DNA from: a virus
Lineage: Duplodnaviria; Heunggongvirae; Uroviricota; Caudoviricetes
Direction: 5' to 3' (one strand)
Length of the DNA: 64,000 nt
Virus record (IMG/VR): IMGVR_UViG_2595698548_000001
Span: 130,140 to 194,139 of that record
The first letter of the stretch is position 1; each line of letters starts with the position of its first letter. The position numbers and the translations under genes were made by a program. The notes below the pieces were generated by a model, which was given only the letters and a program-made list of their open reading frames with translations, did not search any database and was not told the DNA's origin. Of the stretch, positions 55,845 through 64,000 are shown in pieces.

Positions 55845-56968
55845 TTGGCCACCTTGGCTTTGATGAACGGATGGGATTTGTACCCGTCGATGTGGATGTC
55901 TTCTAGCTTGAACTCGGTAATGGACGAGTACAGCTCTGCGCGATCCAGACTCAACACAGGATAGTTGTCTTCCATGATCGGCCGCTGTAGTTGCTGACGC
56001 ACTTGGTTGACGTGGTTGGAGTAGATATGCGCGTCGCCGAACGTGTGGAACAGCTTGCCTGATGCCAGGCCGAATGCCTGTGCCAGCATGTGCGTCATGA
56101 TAGAGTAGAAGCCGAAGTTAAAAGGCACGCCGAGGAAGAAATCCCCGCTACGCTGATAGAGCTTGCAGTCCAGCGTCGGTTGCCCGTGAGCACCTTCGCG
56201 CACGCACCATTGCGAAAGCGTATGGCACGGCGGCAGCGCCATCTCATCCAGACGGCTCACGTTCCACGCACTCAGAATAATGCGGCGACTGTCGCGGTTC
56301 TTCGCCAGTGCGTGTTCGATTTGCGCCAGCTGGTCGATACGGCGCTGAATGACGATTTCGTCCTTGCGACCAACGACGGCGACATTGAAGCCGCGCTTTA
56401 TCCAGCCGTCTGGATCAGCCGACCACTGATCTGCGGTGATGATGCGCGTGTCTTCTTGAGCCCGCCATTGTGCCCCGTACACCGGACCCAGCTCGCCGTC
56501 GAGCAACTGGTGAGCATGTACGCCCTTGCTTGTCAGCCAAGCATCTTGCGCGTCCAGATCATCTGGGTTCTCCAGCGACTCACGGAACGCGCTGAACTCA
56601 TCCAGAAAGCCCATGCGTTCGCACTCTCGGATACGCTCGCTCCACTCCAGCAGTCGGCCAAAGATTTCGGTGCCCGGAATGACCCACTCGTTCCAGATGT
56701 TGACGCCGTTGTCGAGCAAGAACTTGACGTTGCTCTGCCCGCTCAGCATCCACACCAGTTCCTTGATGTACTTGTCGTACAGTACCTTCTTGGTGCTCGG
56801 AATAGGAACCAGCAGACGACCTTGTTCGTCCGTAAGCTCAAACTCCATGTTGATTGCACCGAACACAGAAATGGTGCCGACCCCAGTACGATCTTTACGC
56901 TCCTGACCGTTCTTCAGGATATACAGCAGCGCCCGCAGGTACTGCTCCTCATTCTGCTTTTGAATCAT
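55841..56968 (-). CDS. thyA: thymidylate synthase (ThyA type) with two insertions
   Basis: DRTGVGT, NIWNEW, LGPVYGAQWR, SRRIILSAWN, MALPPCH, YQRSGDFFLGVPFN, GDAHIYSNH. Confidence 0.96.
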   Translation of the reverse strand: MIQKQNEEQYLRALLYILKNGQERKDRTGVGTISVFGAINMEFELTDEQGRLLVPIPSTKKVLYDKYIKELVWMLSGQSNVKFLLDNGVNIWNEWVIPGTEIFGRLLEWSERIRECERMGFLDEFSAFRESLENPDDLDAQDAWLTSKGVHAHQLLDGELGPVYGAQWRAQEDTRIITADQWSADPDGWIKRGFNVAVVGRKDEIVIQRRIDQLAQIEHALAKNRDSRRIILSAWNVSRLDEMALPPCHTLSQWCVREGAHGQPTLDCKLYQRSGDFFLGVPFNFGFYSIMTHMLAQAFGLASGKLFHTFGDAHIYSNHVNQVRQQLQRPIMEDNYPVLSLDRAELYSSITEFKLEDIHIDGYKSHPFIKAKVAK

Positions 56969-57497
56969 GCAATGCCTCCTCGATACCTTTCAGATTCTTC
57001 TTGATCCAATCGTTGTTGATTGGTCCCCAGTCTTTGACGTAAAGCGTGCGGTCGGCCCTGCGATCAACCGAAGCGCCCACAGACTTGGATAAGGTCATCA
57101 GCATCATTTCTACCGACTTCCTCGGCCAGCCCAGTTTGCTTACGAGCTGCAACTTGTCCAGCTTGTTGGTGTCTACCACATGCAGCAGATACATGCGCCG
57201 CAGGAATGGCGTGCTCGCTTGCGGTCCTTTCGGAACGTCAGCATTCGGAGCTTCTGCCAGAATGGTTTCCCGTTCTCGGTCATTCATGTAGCGCCAGCGG
57301 AGAACACCCAACACCTCTTTCTTCACATGCAACGAGACGTGCTTGCCAAACGTCCACCATCCACTGCCGTCCCAGTATGCGTCCATGTACCAATCGCCAT
57401 GTACGGTAGCGTCTTGTACGGCGTACCAACCGTGCTTTCGAGGAAGCCTGTCCTCAACGCTTGCCCACGGTCGAGTTTCGCCTTTCTTTGCAGCCAT
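56949..57497 (-). CDS. DUF551-like plus winged-HTH (HTH_43-like) fusion protein
   Basis: N-terminal WASVEDRLP...W...W; C-terminal FLRRMYL...GWPRKS...YVKDWGPINNDWIKKNL. Confidence 0.65.
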   Translation of the reverse strand: MAAKKGETRPWASVEDRLPRKHGWYAVQDATVHGDWYMDAYWDGSGWWTFGKHVSLHVKKEVLGVLRWRYMNDRERETILAEAPNADVPKGPQASTPFLRRMYLLHVVDTNKLDKLQLVSKLGWPRKSVEMMLMTLSKSVGASVDRRADRTLYVKDWGPINNDWIKKNLKGIEEALHDSKAE

Positions 57498-57533
57498 GTT
57501 AGTGGTTCCTTATTCATTGTCCCTCAGGTGTAG

Positions 57534-57565
57534 TTTACACTTCGGACCCACCGGTCAATAATTTA
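57534..57565. promoter_or_regulatory. divergent promoter region (TGTAAA on - at 57534-57539; TAATTTA on + at 57559-57565)
   Basis: Short AT-richer gap between the leftward thyA block and the rightward baseplate operon. Confidence 0.45.
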
Positions 57566-57592
57566 TACCCATTAGGAATCGAGGACAAACCC

Positions 57593-57922
57593 ATGCGTAA
57601 CAGCCTTGAACTTGTGCTGAACCTGAAGGGACAGTGCAATATCAGACTGGGTGTGGATGCTTCTACCGGACACGGGTGCTTCCCATCGACCATACCGGCA
57701 TCCGCATCCATCACGGTCTTCACCGACCAGATCGCCGAAGTGCGTGTCTCTGACAAGTACGTTCCGCACTGCTGCCCGAATCAGGGCTGCCACGCTCCAG
57801 CTGTAGTCAGGGGCGCACGCATCACTTTCACCGACCAGCTGGCCACACACCGCAGTAGCGACGTGCTATCTTGCGGTGATCGTGCTTCCAATGGGTCCAT
57901 TACGACGTATTCGGGTAACTGA
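57593..57922 (+). CDS. PAAR-like baseplate spike-tip protein (gp5.4-like)
   Basis: GHGCFP, PHCC...CH, LSCGD...GS metal-binding pattern; next to a gp25-like gene. Confidence 0.85.
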   Translation: MRNSLELVLNLKGQCNIRLGVDASTGHGCFPSTIPASASITVFTDQIAEVRVSDKYVPHCCPNQGCHAPAVVRGARITFTDQLATHRSSDVLSCGDRASNGSITTYSGN

Positions 57923-57923
57923 T

Positions 57924-58322
57924 ATGGCGGACATGCGCAACAGCCCGCTCTACTCCGACATCAACCTTTACGTCGGACGCTTCTCAAACAAAGAGCTGGT
58001 CTACGACAACGAAGCGATCAACCAAAACATCTTCCTGATCATCACGACACCCATTCGTACAAAGTGGTTCCGGATTCGCTACGGGTCGAACATCCCGGCG
58101 TACCTGTTTGAACCCATGGACGATATGACCGCGATGCGGATTCGCGGTGAGATTCAAACGCTGCTGACTCGGAACGAGGAACTGCGCGTTACCATCGTCA
58201 GCACGCGGGTTGTTCCTGATTACGTCAACCAGGTGTATGCTGTGGAAATCGTGTACACCGCACCAGACATCAGTGACCGACCCTTCACCTTCCAGTTCGG
58301 TTTGAACAAGCAAGCCGCGTAG
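57924..58322 (+). CDS. baseplate wedge subunit, gp25-like
   Basis: AINQNIFLIITTPIRTK..RIRYGSNI..YLFEPMD gp25 pattern. Confidence 0.88.
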   Translation: MADMRNSPLYSDINLYVGRFSNKELVYDNEAINQNIFLIITTPIRTKWFRIRYGSNIPAYLFEPMDDMTAMRIRGEIQTLLTRNEELRVTIVSTRVVPDYVNQVYAVEIVYTAPDISDRPFTFQFGLNKQAA

Positions 58323-58330
58323 GATCAACC

Positions 58331-59794
58331 ATGACGCAACTTACCATCAGCAAAGTCGTCGTTGACGAACAGGACATCTATAACGAGCTGGCGCGGCGTC
58401 TCGCGGAAAAAGGCACATGGAAAGACCTACTGCCGACAAACGTAGGTTCGACCTTGATGAGCCTGGCGTCCGGTGCTGCGACTGTCAACCAGCACTATAT
58501 CAACGTCAGCCTGCGCGAAGCGTTCCTCTCGACGGCGGTTCGTGATTCGTCCATCTTCCACAATACGCGCAGCTTGGGTATCAAGATCAGCCGAAAGACT
58601 TCGGCGGGCGTTACCGTGCAGTTGCAAAACAACTTGGCGACAACCAAGTTCATCCCAGCGTACAGTGCGTTCCTCGTGGGCAGCACCTACTTCTACAACC
58701 GCGAACAGTTGATGATTCCGCCTGGCGTGAGCATCGATGGGATCAACCTGTATCAAGGCGAAGTGCGGGAATATGAGTTCGACATCGACGCTCTTTCCGC
58801 GCAAGACCTGCAGACGTTCAAGCTCAATACTCCAGGCTTCATTGTCTCGGAGTACGATCTGGTCGTCTGGACAGAAGACAAGGTGAGCGGCAACACAACT
58901 GTCTGGGAACAAACGGATCAAGCGCTGTTTGAACTTGGTCCAACCGACCAGAAGTATTACGAGTTTACAGCGGGCGATGGCGACGTTGCATTCATGTTCG
59001 GCACTGGTGAGTACGGTGCACGTATCCCGTCGAACCACCTGTTGAAGATTCGCGCCATTATCACCACTGGCACCAACGCAATCGGTATCAGCGGTGAGCG
59101 CGTTCGTATGGTGAGTCAGCCAGAAGTAAGTGGCTTCTCCACATCGAACGTAGCAGGCGGCAGTGACGAAAAGAGCGCCCTGTACTACAAGCTGTTCGCA
59201 CCTACGATGTTCCGTTCCAATCGCAAGGCGATCAGCGCTACGGAAGTACGCGCCCACATCATGAAGTATCCAGGCGTCGCCGATTGTCGGGTGTTCCCGC
59301 AGCGCGACATTGCACCGAATGACCCACGCTGGCAGAACGTCATGCGTGTGTGTATTCTGCCTGAGACGACTGATGACTGGGGTGGTGCAAACCCTAATCC
59401 GGTGAGTGCAGCCTGGGAACAGTTTGAACAGTGGTTGCTCGCACGTTGCCAAGCACTGGCGGAGATTCAGAAATGGAACCCGTCGAAGCTGTTCGTCAAC
59501 GTGCAGGTGCTGCTCGCGGTTAATCCTGATGTGGACATCGAGGAAATGCGCATCGTCGTTACGGAGCGTATCCTCAAGCTCTTCCAGCGCAAGCCCGGAA
59601 TCCTGGGCCGTCGCCTGAGCTTGTCAGACATCGAAGGGGCGTGCCGCGTAGCTGGTGTGGACTACATCGAAATCAAGTCCCCGACCGAAGAAATCATCCC
59701 GCCAGACCCAACGCAGTACGCGGTGCTTGACGGCTCCCCAATAGTCAACATCGTTTACTCAGAGCGCAAGGCTGGCACTGTTGGAGCCTTCTGA
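58331..59794 (+). CDS. baseplate wedge protein, gp6/baseplate J-like
   Basis: EAFLSTAVRDSS...LG, YE...V.FG.GEYG.IP, GGSDE.S, RKAISATE. Confidence 0.85.
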   Translation: MTQLTISKVVVDEQDIYNELARRLAEKGTWKDLLPTNVGSTLMSLASGAATVNQHYINVSLREAFLSTAVRDSSIFHNTRSLGIKISRKTSAGVTVQLQNNLATTKFIPAYSAFLVGSTYFYNREQLMIPPGVSIDGINLYQGEVREYEFDIDALSAQDLQTFKLNTPGFIVSEYDLVVWTEDKVSGNTTVWEQTDQALFELGPTDQKYYEFTAGDGDVAFMFGTGEYGARIPSNHLLKIRAIITTGTNAIGISGERVRMVSQPEVSGFSTSNVAGGSDEKSALYYKLFAPTMFRSNRKAISATEVRAHIMKYPGVADCRVFPQRDIAPNDPRWQNVMRVCILPETTDDWGGANPNPVSAAWEQFEQWLLARCQALAEIQKWNPSKLFVNVQVLLAVNPDVDIEEMRIVVTERILKLFQRKPGILGRRLSLSDIEGACRVAGVDYIEIKSPTEEIIPPDPTQYAVLDGSPIVNIVYSERKAGTVGAF

Positions 59795-62700
59795 TGGAAA
59801 AGCTCACATTCGATGGACTACAGCCTGAAATCTTTTTCTCGCAGCCGTGGTTCACCGACTTCACGGAAGTTTATGCGGACGTGCTGAATGATCGGATTCG
59901 CTATCCGATCTACCAGCTGGAGAACATCCGCAACGTACTGCAACTGGATGATCCTTACGTGGTCCTCCAGACGATCAAGCAGCTTGGTTTCGACTTGCCT
60001 AGCGACTTCATCCGCCATAACCTGAGCGTGTTGTCGCAGTCGATCCCGCAGCTGGCGTTGTACGCTGAGCGCTCCGGCGCCAACGACTATGCCCGCTCCA
60101 TGTCGTTCATCTTCGGGCGCAGCATCGACGCCACGCAACTGTTCACCGAAGACTACATCAACTTCTACACGCAACCCTACGGGCCGTTGCTTGTCGATGG
60201 CGGCGAGTGGTACAAGACCACTCACATCGAACTTGGTATGCAGTATCTGGCGAGCGACTACACCCTGTTGCTCCCAAGAGGCAAGACGATCAAGGATCGT
60301 TTCCTTGACGCCTTCCACGAGTTTGCACCTTGGAACGTCGTGGTAGAACGCTTCTACTTCATGGTGGACATCGAGATTCCTCTGTTCATCAGTGGTCGCA
60401 TCGTCAAGCAGCCCAAGCGCTACATCGATGTTGGCGTGGGTGACTTGCACGTCGCCGACATGAAGATCGTCGGCCCAGACGAAGTTTGGGAATCCAGCCA
60501 GCAGCGCTTTGAACTACAGGTCACCTTGCAGAACGGTACCGACGGCGGTGTTGATTACATCCCGCGTCGTCCGCTGCTGGGTACTGCACCGTGGAACGCA
60601 TCGCTCTCGGACATCGCAGCATTCGAGGTGAAGTCGCTGGGCAACCAGATCATGGAGTTTAATATTCCAGACGGTCACTTCGGTTATCTGTGCTACCCGA
60701 AAGCCATGGGTCTCGCCACTTTCACGGATACGAACCTCGGCATTCCCGGCGGCTGGGATGGTGCAAGCTGGCCAGAGGGTGACGTTGGCAGTACATTCGG
60801 CCCCATCGAAATTCAGCGTCAGGTTGGTGATACTGTCAGCACTTGGTACCTGTATCGGACAGACTTCGATAGTCTCGGCGATGTCAGCTATCAGGTTGAC
60901 TTTGAAAACCCATTGGTCGATGAATCCGATGAGCAAACCACAGCCCAGTCTGACACGTTCGTTACACAGATCGTCACAGTCCCAGCCGAGTGGTTGAGCA
61001 ACAAGACTGGCTTGGTGAATTGGGACGGCGGTTTGGCTTCGTTTGGTGCTGTTGGGTTGAACACGGATGTGGTCATTTCCGCTGAATATCAAGGTCGCGC
61101 AGTGTCGAAAGCCGTGCGAGTGAAGAACAACGCAAGCAACATTCGCGCAATTCGCATTGAAGGTCCGGACGAAGTACGTGCGCAGGAATCCGCCATCTAC
61201 GTGATCAAAGCCACGACCACTGGCGGCGAAGAGACCATAGACATTCCGATCACCACCAACTCTTTGCTCGGCTACATGCAAGGCAATGAGCTGACGGTGT
61301 ACCAAATCGATGCCGATGGCTCGATCTTCCTGAGCGCTCTCTGCGAACTGCCTGATGGGCAGAAGCTGAAAGCCGTGAAGAAGGTTGCTGCCAAGTACGT
61401 CGATCCTGACGTATACATGACCTCGCTTGTCATCGACGGCCCAGCAGAGTTCTTCGAGAATGAGGTGAAGCAGTATGCCTGCGTCGCCCATTACTCGGAC
61501 GGCACGCAGAAAGGCGTTCTCGCAGTTTGGAACTCCGGCTGTGGTGGTGTGTACATCGCGCCCGATGGTGAGCTTCACGCAACGACTACCGAGCGCGACA
61601 TCAAGCTCGTTCTGCGGGCCACGCACCAGCACAAAAAGACGGCGATGACGGCTGAGTTTCCTGTCACCTTCCGACGCCGCACTGTGTCGATTGTACACAC
61701 GGAAATCCTCGGTCCGAACACCGTGATCGAGTTGACCCGAAACAAGTACGTCGTGGCTGCTCGATTCAGTGATGGCAGCAGCGGCTATGTCGATGCCGAC
61801 TGGAGCTCCAATCGCTACTACGTCGATGATCGTGGTATTCTGGAAGTGGGTTCTGTAGGCAGTACGCCTGTGAACCTGCAACTGACCGCGAACGTCGATG
61901 GGCGCACAGCTATCAAGCAGGTTGTTGCAATTGACACGCCCATCGTGCTGGAGAACATTCTGGTACTCGGCCCGGATAACTTGCGCGAGGGCGACATCGG
62001 GAAATACACTGCCTACGCTCGTTACAGCAACGGGCGCGACGTGGAAATCCAACCTACGTGGTCGATTCGTGGTGCTCCGACCTGGGCGCAAGTCGATGCC
62101 AACGGTCTGTTGTCCTTCGCTTCGCCCCAAGAAGGTATCGTGGAGCTTGTTGCCACGTACCGTCTCGCGGGCCGTACATACGAACAGAGCAAGCCCATCG
62201 TGCTCATTCCGAAGTCGCGGTTGATTCAAGGCCTCATGGTGTCTGGTCCGAACACCGTGGAAGAAGGCAAGCGCATCGTGCTCACGGCCACTGCCGTGTA
62301 CAACGACGGCTCGGTCGAAACGGTATCTCCTCTGTGGACTGTGCAGTCTGCTGACCCGTTGAACGATCCTGAGGCGATGGCCGACATCGTGTCGCCCGGT
62401 GTCTTGCAGGGCCGCACCGTGGAGAAAGACACCCGCGTGGTTGCTATTGCTCGCTACTTCAAGGAGATTGCTGAGTTTGAAATCACCGTGACTCCGATGA
62501 TTCGCAACTCGCCGGACAAACCTGTGTCGAGTCGCATCATTGGTCCTGCGGCGTTCTACGCAGATCAGCGAGGCAGTTTCGCGCATGCCATTGTTTTCGA
62601 GGAATGTGCCGCCGAGCTGCTTGTCAGTAGCGACTGGACAATCGACGTGGACCCGAGTGTTGCAACGATTGATTCGGCTGGTTACGTCTGGTCAGTCAAC

Positions 62701-63444
62701 GGCAAGAGCGTTACTGCGACGATCACTTCTACATACACGTGCGGCACGTACACCGTCGTGGATAGTATCCTGGTGAACATCATCGGCCAGAGCGACGCAC
62801 TGCGCGAGCTTGTGATCGAAGGCCCAGACACCGTGATCGGTGGACAGCTCACCTTGTATACGGCTAGGTTGTTCCGTACTGGAGAAGTCGAGGGTGAAAT
62901 CGTACAGCCGCAATTCTGGGAGATTGTTTCCCCAGACGGGCGTGCAACGATCAACGGCAGCGGTCAGGTGTACATCGTGGACTCCTCGCAGCCGTTCAGC
63001 TTCATCATCAAGGCGAAGTATCAGGAAGGTTTCGAGTCCGTTGAAGCGGTCAAAGAAATCAACGTCATCAAAGATGCTCGCCCGATTCTCGGCATTGGTC
63101 CAATCGGTGTTCGGAACGATCCTGAAATCGCGCAGTATCTGACCACAGAGCTTCCTGGGTTGTCCAGCGGACAGCGCTTCACGCTGACTGCACCTGCTGG
63201 ACAGTACATGTACTTCTGCTATCCGCAATCGCTTGGCTTGGCTACTTTCCGAGACATCGCTTCAAGTTTCGAGGGCGGTTGGGACGGAGCAAGCTGGCCT
63301 GATGATGGGACAGTAGGTGATCAGTACGGACCGATCGTCGTCCAGCGTGTCAATGAGTTAGGCGTTACTTCTACCTGGTATCTGTATCGTACCGACTTTG
63401 AAGGTATCGGCACGTTCACCTATGAAGTGACTTTCGGCAATTAA
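59794..63444 (+). CDS. baseplate wedge gp7/tail-I-like protein with about 8 Ig-like repeats and two GGWDGASWP domains
   Basis: N-terminal IKQLGF...YKTTHI...EFAPWN wedge region after the gp6-like gene; repeated I.GP..V.E Ig units. Confidence 0.75.
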   Translation: MEKLTFDGLQPEIFFSQPWFTDFTEVYADVLNDRIRYPIYQLENIRNVLQLDDPYVVLQTIKQLGFDLPSDFIRHNLSVLSQSIPQLALYAERSGANDYARSMSFIFGRSIDATQLFTEDYINFYTQPYGPLLVDGGEWYKTTHIELGMQYLASDYTLLLPRGKTIKDRFLDAFHEFAPWNVVVERFYFMVDIEIPLFISGRIVKQPKRYIDVGVGDLHVADMKIVGPDEVWESSQQRFELQVTLQNGTDGGVDYIPRRPLLGTAPWNASLSDIAAFEVKSLGNQIMEFNIPDGHFGYLCYPKAMGLATFTDTNLGIPGGWDGASWPEGDVGSTFGPIEIQRQVGDTVSTWYLYRTDFDSLGDVSYQVDFENPLVDESDEQTTAQSDTFVTQIVTVPAEWLSNKTGLVNWDGGLASFGAVGLNTDVVISAEYQGRAVSKAVRVKNNASNIRAIRIEGPDEVRAQESAIYVIKATTTGGEETIDIPITTNSLLGYMQGNELTVYQIDADGSIFLSALCELPDGQKLKAVKKVAAKYVDPDVYMTSLVIDGPAEFFENEVKQYACVAHYSDGTQKGVLAVWNSGCGGVYIAPDGELHATTTERDIKLVLRATHQHKKTAMTAEFPVTFRRRTVSIVHTEILGPNTVIELTRNKYVVAARFSDGSSGYVDADWSSNRYYVDDRGILEVGSVGSTPVNLQLTANVDGRTAIKQVVAIDTPIVLENILVLGPDNLREGDIGKYTAYARYSNGRDVEIQPTWSIRGAPTWAQVDANGLLSFASPQEGIVELVATYRLAGRTYEQSKPIVLIPKSRLIQGLMVSGPNTVEEGKRIVLTATAVYNDGSVETVSPLWTVQSADPLNDPEAMADIVSPGVLQGRTVEKDTRVVAIARYFKEIAEFEITVTPMIRNSPDKPVSSRIIGPAAFYADQRGSFAHAIVFEECAAELLVSSDWTIDVDPSVATIDSAGYVWSVNGKSVTATITSTYTCGTYTVVDSILVNIIGQSDALRELVIEGPDTVIGGQLTLYTARLFRTGEVEGEIVQPQFWEIVSPDGRATINGSGQVYIVDSSQPFSFIIKAKYQEGFESVEAVKEINVIKDARPILGIGPIGVRNDPEIAQYLTTELPGLSSGQRFTLTAPAGQYMYFCYPQSLGLATFRDIASSFEGGWDGASWPDDGTVGDQYGPIVVQRVNELGVTSTWYLYRTDFEGIGTFTYEVTFGN

Positions 63445-63454
63445 GGAATCCTGT

Positions 63455-63694
63455 ATGAACGAAATCAAAATGAGCACCGGCCGTAGCGTGTTGAACCCGC
63501 TGGCCCTAGCTCAACCCGCAGCAGAACAGGCAGTTGCTGGCAACGACAAGCAAGTTGCGATTGCCGCAGTCGATAACTCCACTGACGGCGTGTGCCCCAA
63601 GTGCCGCGCCACGATGGCAACCGCCTTCATCCCGCTGGGTCAGGTGTACTACTGCTCCACTTGCCGCGTGACCACGCCCATCCCTGAGGAGTAA
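63455..63694 (+). CDS. small zinc-ribbon protein
   Basis: CPKC...CSTC; AAGGA RBS. Confidence 0.7.
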   Translation: MNEIKMSTGRSVLNPLALAQPAAEQAVAGNDKQVAIAAVDNSTDGVCPKCRATMATAFIPLGQVYYCSTCRVTTPIPEE

Positions 63695-63699
63695 TTGCC

Positions 63700-64000
63700 A
63701 TGGTGGCGGAAGTATTGGTATTGTCCGACGTCGGCCTTCAGGCGATCAACAACGCATCCGCAGGTGGTCAGCTTGTGGATGCGGAGTCCTTTCGTATCGG
63801 CGACAGCGCGGGCAGCCCGAACAAAACGGATGCGACCGACATCCTCGGGAACATGCTGTTTGAAGGCAACATTCACCATGTCGAGGTGTTGAACAAGAAC
63901 ACTGCCCGTTTCGTGTTTGAAGTTCCTGGGTATCAAGTGACTCAGGACACCGAAATCAAAGAGATGGCAGTGTTCCTGAGCTCCTTCATCTGCTTGGGTC
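63700..64000 (+). CDS. tail fibre protein N-terminus (DUF3751-like), truncated by the window end
   Basis: GAGGAG RBS then MVAEVLVLSDVGLQAINNASAGG...FRIGD...IKEMAVF; open to the window end (the ORF track shows another frame). Confidence 0.75.
   Translation, partial: MVAEVLVLSDVGLQAINNASAGGQLVDAESFRIGDSAGSPNKTDATDILGNMLFEGNIHHVEVLNKNTARFVFEVPGYQVTQDTEIKEMAVFLSSFICLG

Noticed and set aside
55841-56968. dCMP/dUMP hydroxymethylase indicating hypermodified DNA
   Set aside because: All canonical ThyA motifs, including the Asn in VPFN, are intact, and no other base-modification genes are recognisable nearby.
63695-63892. Track ORF MPWWRKYW...
   Set aside because: Wrong frame; the ATG at 63700 behind GAGGAG gives a tail-fibre-like protein open to the window end.
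1-64000. phiKZ-like nucleus-forming phage
   Set aside because: No chimallin, PhuZ or split RNA polymerase subunits were seen, and the PolA/beta-clamp/T4-like baseplate content points to a different jumbo lineage; this rests on this window only.

Overview
A 64-kb, gene-dense segment (GC-rich, roughly high-50s %, by eye) of a large tailed dsDNA bacteriophage with a contractile tail. Gene content resembles jumbo myoviruses of the RSL1/Lu11/PaBG/Y3 type; this is inferred from gene content, not from a search. Replication and repair genes: gamma/tau-like clamp loader, beta-type sliding clamp, family A DNA polymerase with an N-terminal UDG-like domain, SbcC/SbcD pair, UvsW-like helicase, NAD-dependent ligase, ThyA, a DnaC-like protein and a J-domain protein. 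These are interleaved with late/virion genes: tail sheath, PAAR spike tip, gp25-, gp6- and gp7-like baseplate proteins, Ig-repeat fibres, a prohead protease and an M15 endolysin. Also present: two histone-H1-like basic proteins, a 1969-aa SNF2 ATPase, a GT2-TPR glycosyltransferase, a free-standing homing endonuclease and anti-defence genes (Tad2-like, Acb1-like). Almost all genes are on the + strand, except the homing endonuclease and a leftward block at 54.3-57.5 kb. No tRNA, rRNA or CRISPR array was seen. Most notable observations: (1) a QLGLF beta-clamp-binding motif in the PolA thumb; (2) a possible phage chromatin module (H1-like proteins plus a SNF2 ATPase carrying an acidic tract and a CBM5/12-like insert); (3) two candidate phage promoter motifs (GCTAATTT and TGTAAA) with RBS-occluding leader structures; (4) a dispersed toolkit against nucleotide-signalling defences.
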